Shown here: positions 17,361 to 25,999 of the stretch, piece by piece
Layout: every line of letters starts with the position of its first letter
How positions within the stretch are numbered: position 1 is the stretch's first letter
Source: an archaeon
Lineage (GTDB): Archaea > Asgardarchaeota > Thorarchaeia > Thorarchaeales > Thorarchaeaceae
NCBI GenBank assembly: GCA_024275415.1
Contig: JAJRZD010000089.1
Location: forward strand, 1-32,000
DNA length: 32,000 nt
Reading direction: 5' to 3'
The notes under the pieces: model-generated
What the model was told of the DNA's origin: nothing
Database searches by the model: none
Seen by the model: the letters and a program-made list of their open reading frames with translations, nothing else
Program-made: the position numbers and the translations under genes

Positions 17361-18404
17361 TTATCCCAATGCCTTAATCTTGCGTCGATATTTCGCATAG
17401 GTGGCATATTCGACGTATGTCTTCCGTGCGATATAATCGTCCACAGTGGGCACTTCTCCTCGATGCTTAGTTATCTCATCTTCAACCGTTATTGCAAAGG
17501 CATCACTTCCAGCACCAGACCCGTACGAAACCATGAATATCTTGGATCCTGGCTCAGCGATATCAAGAATTCTTGCGAGTCCCATCATAGCAGACCCTGA
17601 ATAGGTATTCCCAATCTGTCTGACCACCAGACTGTCCTCAAGCTTCTCGTTTGGCACTTTGAGTTGTCTCCCCATCGCAAGGGGGAATTTACCATTGGGC
17701 ATGTGGAATACGAAATAGTCCCAATCATCCACGGTTGTACCCGTCTTCCTGAACAGCAGATTGGCTGCCGCCCCGACATGTCTGAAGTATGCAGGCTCAC
17801 CAGTAAATCGAGCCCCGTGGCTTGGAAAGTCCTCTCCTTCACGACGCCAGAAGTCAGGAGTGTCTGTTGTGAACGAAACAGTGGTTTCAATCGTAGCAAC
17901 AGGTTTGCCTTTCCCGACCAGTATCGCTACGCCTCCGGCAGCAGCCGAATACTCTAGGGCATCGCCTGGTCTTCCCTGGGCCGTATCCGACCCGATTGCC
18001 AGTCCGATTTTTATCATGTCTGATGACACAAGACCCATGCATGTTTGAATGGCTGCTGTTCCTGCCTTGCAGGCGAACTCAAAATCCGCACATGTCATCT
18101 CAGAGGTGCATTCTATTGCCTCGGCAACAATCGTTCCTGTTGGTTTAACTGCATAGGGATGTGATTCAGAGCCTACATATATTGCACCAATATCTTTTGG
18201 ATCTATGCGCGCATACTTGACAGCGTTGCGTGCCGCCTCGACTGATATTGTTGCCACATCCTCATCCGGCCCGGGAACGGATTTTTCAAAGACACCCAGA
18301 CCCTTAGCAAGCTTCTCGCCTGGTTCGCCCCAGACGCGAGCTATTTCTTCGGTCTTTATCCGATATCGGGGAATGTAGACCCCATATCCTATAATTCCGA
18401 CCAT
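17361..18404 (-). CDS. mvaS: Hydroxymethylglutaryl-CoA synthase (archaeal)
   Basis: [19 protein letters not shown] (catalytic Cys), [24 protein letters not shown]. Confidence 0.95.
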   Translation of the reverse strand: MVGIIGYGVYIPRYRIKTEEIARVWGEPGEKLAKGLGVFEKSVPGPDEDVATISVEAARNAVKYARIDPKDIGAIYVGSESHPYAVKPTGTIVAEAIECTSEMTCADFEFACKAGTAAIQTCMGLVSSDMIKIGLAIGSDTAQGRPGDALEYSAAAGGVAILVGKGKPVATIETTVSFTTDTPDFWRREGEDFPSHGARFTGEPAYFRHVGAAANLLFRKTGTTVDDWDYFVFHMPNGKFPLAMGRQLKVPNEKLEDSLVVRQIGNTYSGSAMMGLARILDIAEPGSKIFMVSYGSGAGSDAFAITVEDEITKHRGEVPTVDDYIARKTYVEYATYAKYRRKIKALG

Positions 18405-18691
18405 AATATTCTCTCCTTGTATAATACGTTAAATGTCGAATCGGTTTACGTCACTTTCCCTGACCCGTTGCTCTGCCCTATATAGAGGTTGTCATTTGTT
18501 TCTAGCGTGTCCAACGACTTTCACCGAACCTTACCTTCTTTCTTGTAGAGGTGTCGTTGCATCATATTTAACCCTCTCTTCCTATTTATGATTGGTGTCG
18601 TGTTGGGGTTCTGGTTTTGTCGATGCACCCGAAAAGGTCATTTGAAGTAAGGCTATAAGGAGAAATAATGTAATACTACACGGTGGAACGA

Positions 18692-18886
18692 ATGGCTAGC
18701 ATCTCCCAAAAGACAAGAATACGTGAACTGAATCTAACCGAATCCAAGACGGTCGCCCAACTCCTTGATGAACTAGACTTATCTCATGACCATATCGTGC
18801 TTGTCGATGGTAAACGACTATCACTAGACAACGTTGTAGACGAGAACGAAACAGTGGTTGTTCTTCCGCTTATCGCTGGTGGCTAA
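18692..18886 (+). CDS. Ubiquitin-like beta-grasp protein (SAMP/MoaD/ThiS family)
   Basis: 64 aa ending LPLIAGG, with a TVAQLLDEL helix and VLVDG strand. ATG 18692 after GGTGG; alternative GTG at 18683. Confidence 0.85.
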   Translation: MASISQKTRIRELNLTESKTVAQLLDELDLSHDHIVLVDGKRLSLDNVVDENETVVVLPLIAGG

Positions 18887-20352
18887 TATCTTGGATATTC
18901 TTTGATCTTGGATGCCGGTGTCAAGTCTATCCCCAATGGATTTTCTTTATCATATGCTACTGGCAAACCAAGTACTCCTCCAATCGTATCAAGTACTTGT
19001 TGAGCGATACTATCTACCTCTCTTTTTGACATGTTTGCACATGCCTCAACATTCCCTGAGATTGCTGATGTGAGACCTCTGGATGACCCAGAGCTGAACT
19101 GAGTCGCTTTCTTTGGTGTTGTAGCCAGGTCTGGAGGTAGTCCTAGACCCATTGCGAGTTTCCTGAAAATGAGTTTTCTTTGTGGCACACTATTCAGTTG
19201 TATCTTCCATGACACTGGTAGTGATTGCGCTAAATCTGTGAACTGTGGGTCAAGGTATGGGAATGCTACAGGTAATCCTATCGAGGCAATAACTCTCTCG
19301 TCACGAGAGATATTGGCTTCGTGTGTGATTGCAAGCTCCTCTTGCAAACACCTTACGACAGCTTCTTCTCCTTGAGATTCTAGGATCCTAACATGCCGAG
19401 CGTATCCCGCAAATTGCTCGTCGGGCCCCTGACCTGAAACCATTATCTCTACACCCGCGTTCTTTGCGGCCGTTGCTGAAAAAAAGAATGGCAATGCGAT
19501 TTCCACATCCATCCTGTTCGTTGTTTCTATGGCAAGGATAACTCGGGGGATAGCCTTCCAGATATCAGTCGGTGTGAGTGTTTCAATTACCACAGGTAGT
19601 CCAAGTCGTTCAGCTGCACTCTTGACATGTTTATGGTCTCGTGATCCAATCATACTTGCTGAGAAAAGACAAGTGCTACCAGCAATCTGCCTGATGATGT
19701 GTGCAAGCAGAGAACTATCCACTCCTCCAGAGAACAGGATACCGCATGACCGTCCCCGCAGATTCTCGATAGATGCTCGAAGATATCGTTCCAGAAGACC
19801 CAGCGCCTGATATTTTGTGTCTGACCATAGATCCCTTCTGGGCTCTGAATTATGTAAAACTGTGGTATTTCCAGTTTGGTCTACACCGAGGATACATCCC
19901 GGTTTCACAGGACTGGCATCTTTACATCCCACGTTCCAGAGAACTTTCTTCTCAGTGGCGAACACCGTTCTCTGAGAAACACGACCGTAGTATATAGCTC
20001 GCTGTCCGTCAGAAGATCTCCAGACTTTTGCATCAGTGGGACTCACTTGGATGACAACAAGTCCCTGTGTTCTCCGTAGCCCATTGGCTATTGCACCGTA
20101 CAGCATTGACCTATTTGAAATGACTTTCAGTATTTCTTCAGTTAGACCATAAAGACTGTCAATTATGATGATGCCATTATCACGCTCGATAATCGCCCTC
20201 TCGTTCTCTGTATGTACCACAGCGCATCTGAACTGGGATCTATTGAATGTCATCTCTTTTTTTGATATATAATCCCCTCGATGATCCATCAGTTCTATAA
20301 GATGGTCTATCTCACCAGAGGCCTCTCCGAAAGAACAGAAAATCCCTGCCAT
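18883..20352 (-). CDS. Asparagine synthetase B-like protein (Ntn domain lacking the N-terminal Cys, plus PP-loop domain)
   Basis: MAGI...HRGD N-terminus, FATEKK, LFSGGVDSS PP-loop, SGQGPDEQFAGY, PYLD, KLIFRKLA, KKATQFSSG. Confidence 0.85.
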   Translation of the reverse strand: MAGIFCSFGEASGEIDHLIELMDHRGDYISKKEMTFNRSQFRCAVVHTENERAIIERDNGIIIIDSLYGLTEEILKVISNRSMLYGAIANGLRRTQGLVVIQVSPTDAKVWRSSDGQRAIYYGRVSQRTVFATEKKVLWNVGCKDASPVKPGCILGVDQTGNTTVLHNSEPRRDLWSDTKYQALGLLERYLRASIENLRGRSCGILFSGGVDSSLLAHIIRQIAGSTCLFSASMIGSRDHKHVKSAAERLGLPVVIETLTPTDIWKAIPRVILAIETTNRMDVEIALPFFFSATAAKNAGVEIMVSGQGPDEQFAGYARHVRILESQGEEAVVRCLQEELAITHEANISRDERVIASIGLPVAFPYLDPQFTDLAQSLPVSWKIQLNSVPQRKLIFRKLAMGLGLPPDLATTPKKATQFSSGSSRGLTSAISGNVEACANMSKREVDSIAQQVLDTIGGVLGLPVAYDKENPLGIDLTPASKIKEYPRY

Positions 20353-20419
20353 CGCCCATCAATTTCTCTATGAGCATTATGCTACCTATACAACAACCGT
20401 TTAGCATCAAAAGAGGTCT

Positions 20420-20833
20420 CTATGTTGGCACGTTGACCAATTTTGCCTCTTGGACACCAGTCATGTTCCCTAGACGTTCATGCAACTCATCAATGGACAT
20501 CTTGAGCTGTTCAGGAGTGAAATAGCATTCGTAATAGCACTGATTCGCTGACTGGCATATTCCGCTCGTGAACAGGATATCGTCAAGCCCGGCTTCCTCA
20601 AAAATAGTAGTCAGCTCCTCAAGAAAGCTCTTGCTCAGCTTCTCAATGCTCAACCGAAGGTAGTACACGTTCTCAGAATTGACCGGATATATCTTCACAT
20701 TCTTGTCCTTGACGACCATAATCGCAAGACCAAATGATTCCGATATTCCGTCGACAAATTCGCTGGGTAAAGTGATTGCATCACCCCTCGTGATCTTCAG
20801 AACTCGCGCACGAGTCATATCGTTTTTACTCAT
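20420..20833 (-). CDS. AbrB-like N-terminus plus ACT-like domain protein (putative regulator)
   Basis: KITRGDAITLPSEF resembles an AbrB swapped hairpin. LRLSIEKLSKSFLEELTTIFEEAGLDDILFTSGIC fits an ACT fold. GGAGG RBS. Confidence 0.55.
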   Translation of the reverse strand: MSKNDMTRARVLKITRGDAITLPSEFVDGISESFGLAIMVVKDKNVKIYPVNSENVYYLRLSIEKLSKSFLEELTTIFEEAGLDDILFTSGICQSANQCYYECYFTPEQLKMSIDELHERLGNMTGVQEAKLVNVPT

Positions 20834-20924
20834 TGAAATTCCTCCGGGCTTGTGAAGTTCTAAGTCATCTAATGCGATATATCTGTTACGGGAGGATACT
20901 TAATAAATCGGCTGATATACCATC

Positions 20925-22511
20925 TTACTTGCCAAACCATGAACGGATTCGTCGAACTGCGCTGCTGTCTGGCTTTTTGACGATTCGCAGCGTCCAAGGC
21001 TGTCGCTTCATATGAGCATAATACTCCAGGAAAGCGACTTTTCCGTCTGTTCTGACTCGATCCATCTCTTGCAGTCTGACCTGAAGCCATGCCTTTTTTG
21101 ATACTGGCATTCTTGCTGTTACCAGATCAAATAGCATAGGATGGAGGTCAAATACAAGTGCACGCTCTCGCATGTACTCCAGCACGCCCTCCTCGAACGT
21201 GTCAGTGATTTTCTCGCGATTGGTGAAGAACGAGGCTGCAACAGACACGTTAGGATAGCGATCAGGAATACCCAGCGCGAACTTGAAGGATCGTCTGAAC
21301 TTGGAGAGATGTGTTGCGGCATCAAGGAACAACAGAGTTTCGGGCTTCCCTTCGAACTCGTCGTCGGAAATCTCGATCTTTGAAACCATCTCTTCTTGAT
21401 GCTTCTCGATGAACGATTGGATTAACTGGTCTGTCACAGGAGGCAAGCCTTCCTCAGTCGGTTCCTCGAACTCCATCTCTGCGCTCTCGGATACGTCCTC
21501 TGGCTCCTTCTTTTTCTGTTCGTCAGACTTTGGCTTTTTCCTCCTGCGAAACTTGGGTGCGAGATATCCGATGTCTGACACCAAATGTTGAAGGACTAGC
21601 GGTAGGAATAGATCGTAAAGGCTCCCACGGGTTTCTGTGATGAGCAATACTGGCCTGTATTGGCCGATAGCTTCAGTAATTCCTGAATCATAATCAGGGT
21701 CGTCGTCAAAGAACTTCTTCAGATTCTCTATAGAGTACCCCTCAGTCACGCGCTCTTCCCACTCTCGATATACCTCCTTGACCTCCTGTCGCCGTCTATC
21801 TCTGACAAGGCTAGCGAATTTGCTGAGGTACTTGACTCCTCGGGACACAGCCGTAGTCGGGCTGATGAACACAGTCATCAAGCCAACGGCTTCACCTGCA
21901 TAGTCGCTTGCCTCTGCACTCCGTATCTTGCTGAGCACTTCCTCTGTGAGAGATGGAGGTCCAAGTTTCTCCACAAGAACCTCGTGCATCCCCTCATAGT
22001 TCTCGAAGGATGCGTCGCCTGGGCCTATCTCTTCTCCTACTGGGGATGCATCAGATAGCACCTCCGCGAAGACATTGGGGCGTTTTATGAGCCAATCAAG
22101 AGGTATTTTCAATTGCGTGAAGCCGTGCAAGAACGTCCTGTCCGATTCCTTGGGTCCCATGTAGTACTTTACAGCATTTGGGAAAAGACCATCGAAGAGT
22201 TCCATGAACTGATTGAAACCCTGCTCTGTGCTAAGCCCCATTTCTGCCTTTTCAAGAGCGTCTGCCACGAAGACCAACGCTTTTTCGCCTTTCTTTGCTT
22301 GGTGTGCCATGACCGCCATGACCTGTTTCGGTGATAGATATAGCAGGTCACTAGCAGCGAATGGGGCGTCGTAGAATGAGAAGATTCCTAATCGTTTCCA
22401 GGGCCTGTTTGACATCTCACTTATAGCCAAATGTGAGAACCATTCAAAGCCTCGCTGATATCGTGGGATATTCTCTTCATCACTGTATCCTGAGGAATCA
22501 ATCATCATCAC
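20925..22511 (-). CDS. Hypothetical 528-aa cytoplasmic protein, possibly a degenerate P-loop/HerA-like fold
   Basis: Long ORF with normal amino-acid composition, co-oriented with its neighbours. TLLFLDAATH is Walker-B-like; no intact Walker A. Family call is weak. Confidence 0.75.
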   Translation of the reverse strand: MMMIDSSGYSDEENIPRYQRGFEWFSHLAISEMSNRPWKRLGIFSFYDAPFAASDLLYLSPKQVMAVMAHQAKKGEKALVFVADALEKAEMGLSTEQGFNQFMELFDGLFPNAVKYYMGPKESDRTFLHGFTQLKIPLDWLIKRPNVFAEVLSDASPVGEEIGPGDASFENYEGMHEVLVEKLGPPSLTEEVLSKIRSAEASDYAGEAVGLMTVFISPTTAVSRGVKYLSKFASLVRDRRRQEVKEVYREWEERVTEGYSIENLKKFFDDDPDYDSGITEAIGQYRPVLLITETRGSLYDLFLPLVLQHLVSDIGYLAPKFRRRKKPKSDEQKKKEPEDVSESAEMEFEEPTEEGLPPVTDQLIQSFIEKHQEEMVSKIEISDDEFEGKPETLLFLDAATHLSKFRRSFKFALGIPDRYPNVSVAASFFTNREKITDTFEEGVLEYMRERALVFDLHPMLFDLVTARMPVSKKAWLQVRLQEMDRVRTDGKVAFLEYYAHMKRQPWTLRIVKKPDSSAVRRIRSWFGK

Positions 22512-22538
22512 TAAAACCCCCTATCATGAAAATAGGTC

Positions 22539-22581
22539 GGATGAGGTATCTCGTTCGCTGACGAGATAAACCTATTCATCC
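22539..22581 (-). promoter_or_regulatory. Intergenic imperfect stem-loop (about 16 bp)
   Basis: On the plus strand, GGATG-AGGT-ATCTCGT / loop TCGCTG / ACGAGAT-aa-ACCT-att-CATCC. Confidence 0.5.
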
Positions 22582-22582
22582 C

Positions 22583-23803
22583 CTAGTCTATCCGAAGAGC
22601 CACCAACCCAATCATTGCAGCACCGATAATCAATGCAGCAATGAACAGGAGCCTCCAGTCTACAAGTGGTTCGGTGGGGTTGCTTGTATCGACGGTATTG
22701 ATGAGTTCGAGATACGAGTGATTGACTGGATCGAGCATATTCAACATCTTCAATGCCAAACCCGCATAGAACAGAGCACCCTCTTCCATCCCCGGAACAT
22801 TGCCCCATGTCCCATCGGCCGCCTGACTATCAATGATGAACTGAGCAGCTGCGTCAGCATCAATTGATTCAATCCCTCCAATCAAATCGAGCACTTCCAA
22901 GGCATGGAAGGTCGATTCTAGATTCGTATCGTTGGTCAAGATAGATTCCGTGAAGCCGCCGGTTGGCTCCCCTGCAATACTCTCGGTGACTTGTCGCTGT
23001 ATAACCCAGTTTCTGATATTTTGTTGTTCAGTGGCCGTTAGAGCAGACAACTGGTTTAACTCTTTTAATGCCAATAGCCCAGCAGCCGTAGCTGACAAGC
23101 TTGGAATATACGATTCTGGCGTGAGTTTGAATGCTGATCCCTCAGTGCAATTCAGTATCCATTGAGTCGTGCGAGTGGCGTTCCAAAGCCAGTCTTCGAC
23201 AGAGTCGCCAGTTATATCCACCATCTTGTTCAGGATATAGAGAGCGTAATAGGTCGAGATGAGGTCTGGGGGTGTACCATCCTCTGCTCCAAACCCTCCC
23301 TTTTCGGACTGTGTCTTATTGATGTACACCAGGGCCGCTGTTGCATTGATAGAGGTGATATCATCCATGCCCGGAATATCACTTTGCGCATCGAGGATGT
23401 CCCACAACTTGATTGCCCAATATGAGTTCTCGATGCTTACTGGTCCTGCAATGTACAATGAGAAGCCTCCCCAGCGTTCGTAGTCTTCTCCTCCGCTCTT
23501 CCATTGGAGCTTTTGAGTGAAGTTCTTCGTCTTGACCAGATCTATGACCGGCGGTCGGATACTCAACATGTCCATTTCCTGATATGCCATTATGGCACCG
23601 ACAGTCGGGTATAGTCGTGCCGTATCAGAGTCTGGGAATGTATACCCGCCTTCTCCATTGTTCACTGGGTCATCGTAGTTCTCTTTCATGTAATTCTCCA
23701 GATTCTGCCATCGTGTATTCTGTACTGGCATTGATAATACTACGAAGGATGTTGCAATTAAGGAGAGTATGACTACAATACTCACAGCTTGGACCTTATT
23801 CAT
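22583..23803 (-). CDS. Membrane-anchored alpha/alpha-barrel (prenyltransferase/squalene oxidase repeat) protein
   Basis: Repeats QxxxGGF/QxADGTWG...STYYAL, an N-terminal signal/TM helix and a C-terminal TM helix. Confidence 0.8.
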   Translation of the reverse strand: MNKVQAVSIVVILSLIATSFVVLSMPVQNTRWQNLENYMKENYDDPVNNGEGGYTFPDSDTARLYPTVGAIMAYQEMDMLSIRPPVIDLVKTKNFTQKLQWKSGGEDYERWGGFSLYIAGPVSIENSYWAIKLWDILDAQSDIPGMDDITSINATAALVYINKTQSEKGGFGAEDGTPPDLISTYYALYILNKMVDITGDSVEDWLWNATRTTQWILNCTEGSAFKLTPESYIPSLSATAAGLLALKELNQLSALTATEQQNIRNWVIQRQVTESIAGEPTGGFTESILTNDTNLESTFHALEVLDLIGGIESIDADAAAQFIIDSQAADGTWGNVPGMEEGALFYAGLALKMLNMLDPVNHSYLELINTVDTSNPTEPLVDWRLLFIAALIIGAAMIGLVALRID

Positions 23804-24045
23804 TTGATCATCCCGGTCAGTTATGATATCATCTAGAGCTTTTGCTCTGTGAGAGAGCCAACCCTTGAATTGGAGTTATTAACGTTTCCCCCGTTTTAGA
23901 AATGTACTGCATCTCGTCCAGAGAAGAAGAAAACTCTAAGGTCGCACATTGCCGATCTCCATCGGGCCTGTATTGTAGTGTGCTTTCGAGCTTGTGCAGC
24001 ATTATGGAAAAAAGCGGTATGAATGACAAACCTCGATCTCATCAA

Positions 24046-25050
24046 CTATCCGCCGTAGCCTCGTACATCTGTTCTCTGAAGCTCTCTGACATAAAGGTAC
24101 GCAGAGTCAGCAGCTATCGCCCCATGACCCACAGCAACAACGATTTGTTTCATAGATTCGACAACATCACCAGCAGCATAAAATCCAGGAATGTTGGTCG
24201 TTTGGTTTGCCTTTACAAGGATTTCTCCATTCTTATTGACATTGACTCCAAGGTCAATTGCCAGTTTACTGTTGGGAGACGAACCAAGCGCAATGAATGC
24301 CCCATCAACCTCCAAGACCTTCTCTTCTCCGGTCTTGAGATTTTCAACGACAACCTCTCGGAGAAGGTCTTCCCCTCGAAACTCCTTGACGACATGACTC
24401 CACATGATATCGACGTTGGAGTCAAACAACATGTCCTGCATCGCCTTTTCTGCTCGCAGCTCATCTCTTCTATGGATGAGTGTCGTGCTCTCTGTCAGTT
24501 CTTAAAGGTATACTGCTTCCACTGCGGCAGTGTTCCCTCCCCCAATGACTACGACTTTCTTGTTCCTGAAAAGCGGGCCATCACATGTGGCACAGTACGA
24601 AATTCCTCTCCCCGTATATTCTTCCTCTCCGGGGGCATTCAGTCGTCTGTGTCCTCCTCCTGTGGCAAAGATGACCGCTTTGGCTGTGTAGTTGCCTCTT
24701 CGTGTTTCCAGAATGAAGTCACCTGAGTTTCCGTTAGCTCTTGTGATACTCTTAACTTCTGTAATCTCCCTGATTTTTGCTCCAGTGGCCTGCACCTGCT
24801 CTTTCATTCGTGATGCAAGATCAATACCTGTTATGAATTTGAAACCTGGATAGTTCTCGATTGCAGGACTCGTCGCCTGTGCACCACCAAGAACGGCTGA
24901 TTCCAAAAGCAAGGTCTTCAGCCCATACCGCGCTGTGTATATCGCCGCGGTCATCCCAGCTGGACCTCCACCAACAATCACTACTTCCCAGTCAAGGTCT
25001 TCGTCTGCCTTAGTTGCTGTTGATATCCCCGTGATTTTCATATCCAACAT
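24046..25050 (-). pseudogene. trxB: Thioredoxin reductase interrupted by one in-frame TAA (24504-24502)
   Basis: [14 protein letters not shown] and GGGNTA lead into VYL*ELTESTTLIHRRDELRAEK in the same frame, continuing to AAGDV...A. The two track ORFs are one frame. Confidence 0.88.
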
Positions 25051-25062
25051 CTCGCTTAGGTG

Positions 25063-25935
25063 TCAATGTCTAATCATTCTTTCTAGGAGTAATCCTACTC
25101 CTTGCGATTCAATGCCTACTGTCTTATACTCTGGAGTAACATGTATTCTTTCTATCGATTTGACCATCTCAATCACTCTTGATACTGTTGTTTCTCTGAT
25201 CGGCTGACTACGATAGCGTGTGAGATCCACTGCTTTCCTGAACCGCTCAGGGTCGTATGCGAACACATGTCCAGGTCCTACTACCAGTACATGATCCACA
25301 TCAATCAGTCCTTCCCATGGCCATGCAGAATCGTTGAAGCCCTCAATGATAACAACATCAGACTGTCCATCAATATATTGCAACGTATCGTCGAGGATGG
25401 ATTCCACTACCTGCTCTGAGTACGAATAGATTTCCTGTTCATTTACAACCGGGACGATTTCTGTGTTTCTGGTGAAACACTCGACTTCTTCCTTTGTAAT
25501 CAGCAGTTTTCTGTCATTAATCAACTGCTTGGCAAGCAGGATTACAGATTGGATCACTCCCTCTGAGATATGCGAGAACCGCTGCATTGCAAAGACCGAG
25601 TCCCATCCTCCAAACACCAAGTTTGCCCTGTATTTCTCCTCTGGAGCATGAAGACGCGCTGGAACGAATAGCGTGTGAATTGGATTCATGACCTCGACAG
25701 GAATGTCTGTATCAATACCCTGTCTGACCTCACGGACATCACTGGAAAAAATAATCCCTTCTTCCATGCACATCCGCGTGTGCGTATATTTCTGCCAGTA
25801 GTTGTGACCGCTTATTGGTTTGAAATACTCGACTCTTTGACCTTCGGAAATCATATGTCGTATCAGGCTCTTACTGAGCAACGTCTTTCCAGAGTCGAAC
25901 GAGTTCAGTCCCAGAACCAAGATGTGCTGTGTCAT
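25063..25935 (-). CDS. Archaeal P-loop NTPase, dethiobiotin-synthase-like (COG4028-like)
   Basis: ILVLGLNSFDSGKT, YFKPISGHNYW and VVIIEGFND motifs. ATG 25935 after AGGTGG. Confidence 0.7.
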   Translation of the reverse strand: MTQHILVLGLNSFDSGKTLLSKSLIRHMISEGQRVEYFKPISGHNYWQKYTHTRMCMEEGIIFSSDVREVRQGIDTDIPVEVMNPIHTLFVPARLHAPEEKYRANLVFGGWDSVFAMQRFSHISEGVIQSVILLAKQLINDRKLLITKEEVECFTRNTEIVPVVNEQEIYSYSEQVVESILDDTLQYIDGQSDVVIIEGFNDSAWPWEGLIDVDHVLVVGPGHVFAYDPERFRKAVDLTRYRSQPIRETTVSRVIEMVKSIERIHVTPEYKTVGIESQGVGLLLERMIRH

Positions 25936-25947
25936 GGAATCCCACCT

Positions 25948-25981
25948 GAAAAAAGAAAATGAAAGGAGCCTTTTAGGCTCC
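25948..25981 (-). terminator. Hairpin plus U-tract terminator of the thermosome gene
   Basis: Minus strand reads GGAGCCT-AAA-AGGCTCC then TTTCATTTTCTTTTTT. Confidence 0.75.
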
Positions 25982-25999
25982 ATTGTACTACTTCTGTCA

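Noticed and set aside
16183-17407. N-terminal extensions given by the ORF track (starts 16281 and 17407; likewise 13195, 18683 and 25983)
   Set aside because: Downstream starts have RBS motifs and match family N-termini. Most of the extensions overlap neighbouring genes or a terminator.
18405-18691. Possible structured RNA in the HMGCS/Ubl spacer (CAACGAC/GTCGTTG inverted repeat, GGTGTCGT twice)
   Set aside because: No tRNA or known ncRNA features. Consistent with ordinary divergent promoters.
22583-23803. Calling this a eukaryote-like protein prenyltransferase beta subunit
   Set aside because: The predicted topology is extracellular and the DxC zinc motif is missing.
23804-24045. Short hairpins in the 240-bp spacer after trxB
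   Set aside because: Only 5-bp stems, at the level expected by chance.
24502-24504. Selenocysteine or pyrrolysine recoding of the trxB stop
   Set aside because: The codon is TAA, not TGA or TAG, and it is not at the redox site.
23902-24726. 274-aa plus-strand ORF spanning the trxB stop
   Set aside because: Codon-aligned antisense to trxB, with no recognisable motifs and an atypical Ser/Cys-rich composition.
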